DNA of 32,104 nt, taken from positions 1 through 32,104 of the forward strand of contig JACRFN010000080.1 in NCBI GenBank assembly GCA_016217875.1. Reading direction: 5' to 3'. The position numbers were made by a program, and so were the translations under genes. Under the pieces are notes generated by a model. It was not told the DNA's origin, did no database searches, and worked only from the letters and a program-made list of their open reading frames with translations. Shown here piece by piece: positions 27,786 through 32,104 of the stretch (its first letter is position 1; each line of letters begins with the position of its first letter). This stretch comes from Candidatus Kerfeldbacteria bacterium. Lineage in GTDB: Bacteria > Patescibacteriota > Patescibacteriia > Veblenbacterales > UBA10138.

Positions 27786-28428
27786 GGTGATTCAATAAAT
27801 ACTCCTCACTATCCCTCAATTGCCCCAGATCACCTATTTTATAATAATCATCAGAAATCTTCTCGAGTGGACTATTATTATTACTTAAATTATAAACTCT
27901 AAACTTAAATTTAGCTGATAGATTTAAGCACTTCCTAGCGGCCTTTATAAAAAACTGGCAATTAGCTGACTTGTCGTCAGTATAAACTACGGCATCAAAT
28001 CCTTGCTTTATTTTTTTACTAATTAAATCAACCAACATGGCTTTTGTTTTCACATTGGTATTGCCATAATCAAAAGTGCTGCAAATTTCCGCAATGTATG
28101 GCCTGACATCAAAGCCGTATTTGTTTTGTAATTGTACTGCCCGCCAATCTATTTGTTCTTTATTACCGGTAGTAAATACTCCATTATTTTTTGTCCAACT
28201 TAATACTTCCTTAAAACCGTCGGCAATCGATAAATTATATAAGCCTTCTTTATAAGGCTTCTCATAAGCTAACTCATACTCTAAAGGTGTCACGCTAACC
28301 AGTGGCTTTTGGTACAAATTAATAACATAATCATCATAAGTATCAAAACCAGATAATTTTTTGTTCCACTTTTCAATAAAAAGAGTATCGGCTAGATCCC
28401 AGAGATAAAAAATTTTAATAATAGGCAT
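27778..28428 (-). CDS. HAD-superfamily hydrolase-like protein
   Basis: YLWDLADTLF (motif I variant), VFTTG (II), K (III), YTDDK..N (IV). Confidence 0.6.
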   Translation of the reverse strand: MPIIKIFYLWDLADTLFIEKWNKKLSGFDTYDDYVINLYQKPLVSVTPLEYELAYEKPYKEGLYNLSIADGFKEVLSWTKNNGVFTTGNKEQIDWRAVQLQNKYGFDVRPYIAEICSTFDYGNTNVKTKAMLVDLISKKIKQGFDAVVYTDDKSANCQFFIKAARKCLNLSAKFKFRVYNLSNNNSPLEKISDDYYKIGDLGQLRDSEEYLLNHHD

Positions 28429-28429
28429 A

Positions 28430-29866
28430 TTAATTATGCTTTAATACCGTCACTACCCCATGATTAGCATTAACTTCCACATAGTCACCGTTCTTCAAAG
28501 CTTTAGTGGCAATTTTTGTACCAATAATGCAAGGAATGGCTAACTCGCGGCTAATAATAGCTGCGTGACAAGTAACACCGCCCTCATCAGTCACAATCGC
28601 CGCGGCTTTTTTCATAGCTGACAAATATTCCGGGCGTGTCATAGAAGCAACCATAATATCTCCTTGTTTGATGGCGGCGATGTCTTTTAAGAATCTACAA
28701 ATTTTTACCACGCCCATGACTCGCCCACTGTTGGCTACCATACCCTCTATAGTCAAAACCACTGAATCTATACGTGCTCTAACTGAATGATAAAATTTTT
28801 CTAACAATTTAAATTCATGACCGCTTACTAAAATTTCCTTTTTGTAACTAATCCAATCAAAACAACCCTGGCGCCGCTCAACTAAAATCGGCCGGAGTTT
28901 TTTCAGCTCACTCAAATCCTTCAGCTTTAATAATTCAAAAGCTGCCAGGTACTGAAGATTAACTACTGGCATTGATAACCGCCGACTAATCTCGTTAATT
29001 ATTATCTGAGTATGATAAATTGCTTTAAAAATATTAACCTTTCTTTGGTCTTGCCAGTCGGCTACCTCCACTATTAATTTGACGCATTTATTTAACTGCT
29101 TATCTCGGCGCGACAAAAAATTATTTACTGTTGGTTTAAGAATTTTCTTTTGCTTGGATAACTGCCTAAGTCGGTAAAGTAAATACTTAGCATCAACCGT
29201 CTTTGAGCCAGTGTAATTGGTTCTAAACCAATAATATTTACTAACATGCTGTTCCAACCGCTGTTCTAAAAGCTTTCCCTTGAATCTACCTAATCTTTTT
29301 AGCTCAACCTCTTCCCGATTTATAAACGATGGTTTATAAAAATTCGCCAAACCTTGCATCTTTTTATTAACCTCAGCTGTTGAGTATTGTTTTTCTAAAT
29401 ATTTTTTTAAATCAGTTTCTAAACCAATACTGACAATTTCAATGACGTGTGATAAATCGATTGATTCCATCAAACTATGTCCAGCCTTGATAAACCAACT
29501 CAACAGCTGCTGATCACTAAGATTTTTTATGTCGGATGATCTTATTATTTCAAACCAGGGTTCATAAGCGCTAAATATTCTATTGTACTGCCGCCTAATT
29601 TTAATTAAATAGGAAAAACTATCATACATCCGTCGTTTCATGATACGCCATAGTTTAGCAAAATCAGCTGCATCATAACTCCCTTCGGCGTAATTATTTT
29701 TGTAATAAAACAAATAGGGCGAATAATTGAAACCCAAATACTTTTTCATGCGATACCCGCTGGCCGCAGCGGTCGTCAAATATAAAGGCACGGCATTAAG
29801 CCCTTGAGTTAACCAGGATTTTTTAAATAACTTTTTAAAAAAATCTATTCTCGTCTTTGAGTTCAT
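28430..29866 (-). CDS. Helical domain + phospho-His swivel domain protein (paralog 5)
   Basis: HVSKYYWF, WQDQRK, MTRPEY, TDEGGVTCHAAIISRELAIPCIIGT. Confidence 0.9.
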   Translation of the reverse strand: MNSKTRIDFFKKLFKKSWLTQGLNAVPLYLTTAAASGYRMKKYLGFNYSPYLFYYKNNYAEGSYDAADFAKLWRIMKRRMYDSFSYLIKIRRQYNRIFSAYEPWFEIIRSSDIKNLSDQQLLSWFIKAGHSLMESIDLSHVIEIVSIGLETDLKKYLEKQYSTAEVNKKMQGLANFYKPSFINREEVELKRLGRFKGKLLEQRLEQHVSKYYWFRTNYTGSKTVDAKYLLYRLRQLSKQKKILKPTVNNFLSRRDKQLNKCVKLIVEVADWQDQRKVNIFKAIYHTQIIINEISRRLSMPVVNLQYLAAFELLKLKDLSELKKLRPILVERRQGCFDWISYKKEILVSGHEFKLLEKFYHSVRARIDSVVLTIEGMVANSGRVMGVVKICRFLKDIAAIKQGDIMVASMTRPEYLSAMKKAAAIVTDEGGVTCHAAIISRELAIPCIIGTKIATKALKNGDYVEVNANHGVVTVLKHN

Positions 29867-29867
29867 A

Positions 29868-31364
29868 CTATTTTCGCTTTAATACAGTCACTACCCCATG
29901 ATTAGCATTCACCTCCACAATATCACCATCTTTTAACACCTCGGTGGCAATCTTGGTACCTATAATACAGGGGATACCGAGTTCGCGTGAGACAATAGCG
30001 GCGTGGCAGGTTATTCCTCCTTCATTGGTCACAATGGCGGCCGCCTTTTTTATTCCCATAATGTAATCCGGCCGTGTCATAACCGCCACCAAAATATCGC
30101 CTGGTTGTATCTTTCCTACCTCACGTACTGAATTCAATACCTTTACCGGGCCGACAACACGACCAACCGAAGCTGATAAACCGCGAATATCGCGGACCTC
30201 GTCGCTGTGCTTTTGGGGGAACATCAATATACGCAAGCGCTCTACCTCACGCCTGGTAGCAACGTAGTAACCGCCGCGCCACACTACAAAAGCGCAGTTT
30301 TGTCTTCGTTGTCTGAGCTCTAACTGCGCAGGCTTCCCATGCTCAAACCAATACTCAACCTCACTGGGTAAGAGATACTTAGTAAACTCAGGGTCCAGCC
30401 CACGACGCCGCGCCATGGCGCCCAAGATTTGCGTACCCAAGTGGATGTTTAAAAAAGTTGATCTCTTGCGCTCATCCTGCCACCAAGTAAAGTCCTCAGA
30501 TATCTTGAGTAACGTACGTAAAAAGCGTGAAAATTTATACTTCTTAAAAATTACTGTCTTGCGCTTGGCATTGGTACGCGACGCATCACGAAGCTGTTGA
30601 TACTTAAGACGCAGATTGGCTCCCGACTGCTTCCATAACGTGATTTCCTTCCTGAAGTATCCAACGCTCAGTACCTTCGCTGTTATGTAGTTATTTTTAA
30701 TCCAAAAGTATCTCTGCTGATAGCGCTCAAGCTCCTGCCGGCTAACACGCGGTTTGAGCGCGAGCTTAAGCAGCTCCATTTCGGCCTCATTAATGAACGA
30801 CTGTCGTACCGGCGCCGTAGCAACGCTAAATATCTCGGTGAAATTGGACTCCTTGCTTAATTTACCGACTTCTTGGCGTAATATGGCGGCAATATGCTCG
30901 TCAGTGCCCAGGGCGAAATGATCAATGATGGCCGAAGAGGTAACCCGACGGCGAAATAACTGCCGGTAATGTAAATAGAAGGCTAGGAGTTCTTGGTCGC
31001 TCAAACGCTTCAAAATAGCGGCATTGAAAGTATTAAAGAAGTGCTGGAAAGCCATTTCATCCTTACGCCAGGCACGCAAAAGCTTGGTGCTGATACGAAG
31101 GTCGCCCTTGGCCAACCGCAACATTACCGTCGAGCCACGCTTGATGTCGGCCATATCAAGGTACCAATCACCCTTGCCACTCGGTGTAAAAAAGCTGACG
31201 CGGACATCGGCCTCGGTGCCTTTTGGCTTGCGCGGCTCACGGTCAATTTCCGCCTCGGCTACGGCGTACAAGTACATGGGCGAGCCGTCAAAACGCTGGT
31301 GGTACCACTGATGCCCCTTTGCCAGCTTTACGACTTTCCGCGGTATGGTAGAGGTTTGGGGCAT
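29868..31364 (-). CDS. Helical domain + phospho-His swivel domain protein (paralog 6)
   Basis: YQQRYFWI, WWQDERK, MTRPDY, TNEGGITCHAAIVSRELGIPCIIGT. Confidence 0.9.
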   Translation of the reverse strand: MPQTSTIPRKVVKLAKGHQWYHQRFDGSPMYLYAVAEAEIDREPRKPKGTEADVRVSFFTPSGKGDWYLDMADIKRGSTVMLRLAKGDLRISTKLLRAWRKDEMAFQHFFNTFNAAILKRLSDQELLAFYLHYRQLFRRRVTSSAIIDHFALGTDEHIAAILRQEVGKLSKESNFTEIFSVATAPVRQSFINEAEMELLKLALKPRVSRQELERYQQRYFWIKNNYITAKVLSVGYFRKEITLWKQSGANLRLKYQQLRDASRTNAKRKTVIFKKYKFSRFLRTLLKISEDFTWWQDERKRSTFLNIHLGTQILGAMARRRGLDPEFTKYLLPSEVEYWFEHGKPAQLELRQRRQNCAFVVWRGGYYVATRREVERLRILMFPQKHSDEVRDIRGLSASVGRVVGPVKVLNSVREVGKIQPGDILVAVMTRPDYIMGIKKAAAIVTNEGGITCHAAIVSRELGIPCIIGTKIATEVLKDGDIVEVNANHGVVTVLKRK

Positions 31365-31366
31365 AA

Positions 31367-32104
31367 TTAAAGCTTTCTGATTACTCCTTTATTGGCGTCA
31401 ATCTCAACCATATCACCATCGCACAACGATGATATTAGATTCTTCACCCCCACCACACATGGTTTATTCAACTCGCGCGCCACGATGGCGGCATGGCTGG
31501 TTAAGCCGCCAGTTTCGGTCAGTATGGCCTTAGCCTGGCGCATGATGGGTAAATAATTAACGTTAGTAAATGGTGCCACCAAAATAGTACCTTTTTTAAA
31601 CTTTGGTATGTGTGAAATGTTGAGAATAATTGAAGCCTGGCCCACTACCTTACCAGGCGAAGCCGGCAAACCTTTTAACGATTTACTGACCATGTCTTTC
31701 AACAACGACAAATATTTTTTACCACCAGGCGATATTTGTCCATCAGTCATTAAATAAACGGCTGACTTGTCCCGCTGGGGCCAATTATCTATTTTATTTC
31801 CGGCTAATAAGCCAATTATTTCTGTCGGCCTCAATTGATAAATCTTTCTAAGCTGACTAAGACTATAACGCGGATACCGCCAAGCAATTAACCGCCTAAT
31901 AAATATGTTAACTTTATTAATCACTTCTTTTTTACGTTCATTATACAAGTACATCAGCTGATGAATATTTTTAATTTCCCGACGTAAACCCACCGGCAGC
32001 GCGGTGGTTATCTTGTTTATCTCACTTATTCGGCGGTGCGCTGCTTGCAACTGAGAACGATATTCATCCAACTCGCCTTTAATTTCCTTCAGCTGGGCTG
32101 TTAA
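31367..32104 (-). CDS. Helical domain + phospho-His swivel domain protein (paralog 7), 5' end outside the window
   Basis: The frame is open to the edge (LTAQLKEIKGELDEYR...); YNERK, TETGGLTSHAAIVARELNKPCVVG. Confidence 0.88.
   Translation of the reverse strand, partial: LTAQLKEIKGELDEYRSQLQAAHRRISEINKITTALPVGLRREIKNIHQLMYLYNERKKEVINKVNIFIRRLIAWRYPRYSLSQLRKIYQLRPTEIIGLLAGNKIDNWPQRDKSAVYLMTDGQISPGGKKYLSLLKDMVSKSLKGLPASPGKVVGQASIILNISHIPKFKKGTILVAPFTNVNYLPIMRQAKAILTETGGLTSHAAIVARELNKPCVVGVKNLISSLCDGDMVEIDANKGVIRKL

Noticed and set aside
858..31370. Numerous short plus-strand and nested minus-strand ORFs in the track
   Set aside because: They overlap well-supported genes, lack motifs, and recur opposite the conserved His domains as expected for antisense shadows. 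Only 9264..9614 is accepted.
15946..32104. Annotation as ppsA/ppdK, or as fragments of a decayed PEP synthase
   Set aside because: There is no TIM-barrel domain. The ATP-grasp gene ends cleanly at the domain boundary, and the paralogs are long ORFs with intact His sites.
18373..32104. Integron cassette array
   Set aside because: Most intergenic gaps are 0-40 nt, too short for attC sites, and there is no integrase in the window.

Overview
AT-rich bacterial window in which almost every gene is on the minus strand. The gene content and SD-poor start contexts suggest a Patescibacteria/CPR genome (inference). The left half (1-15.5 kb) is housekeeping and anaerobic fermentation. It holds the 5' part of recJ (missed by the ORF track) and 2-oxoacid:ferredoxin oxidoreductase alpha and beta genes split by an EEP nuclease/phosphatase gene. 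It also holds a DUF5654-like gene, a PRTase-LOG-PRTase trio, ackA, pduL, a PfkB kinase and an Rrf2-sod-sufCBDSU operon preceded by a CDGSH gene. An ArsR-type HTH gene at 15.6-15.9 kb is bracketed by two related perfect palindromes. The right half (15.9-32.1 kb, open at the edge) is the notable part: a split PEP-synthase/dikinase-like system. It has one stand-alone ATP-grasp subunit and at least seven divergent paralogs, each made of a helical acceptor domain plus a phospho-His swivel domain. No pyruvate-binding TIM barrel is present in the window. Interleaved are an SbnI/SerK-like serine kinase, two MtxX-like proteins, a His-phosphatase-like protein, a HAD-like protein and an M29-like aminopeptidase. 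No rRNA, tRNA, CRISPR array or transposase was recognised. All family calls are by eye from motifs; no database search was run.
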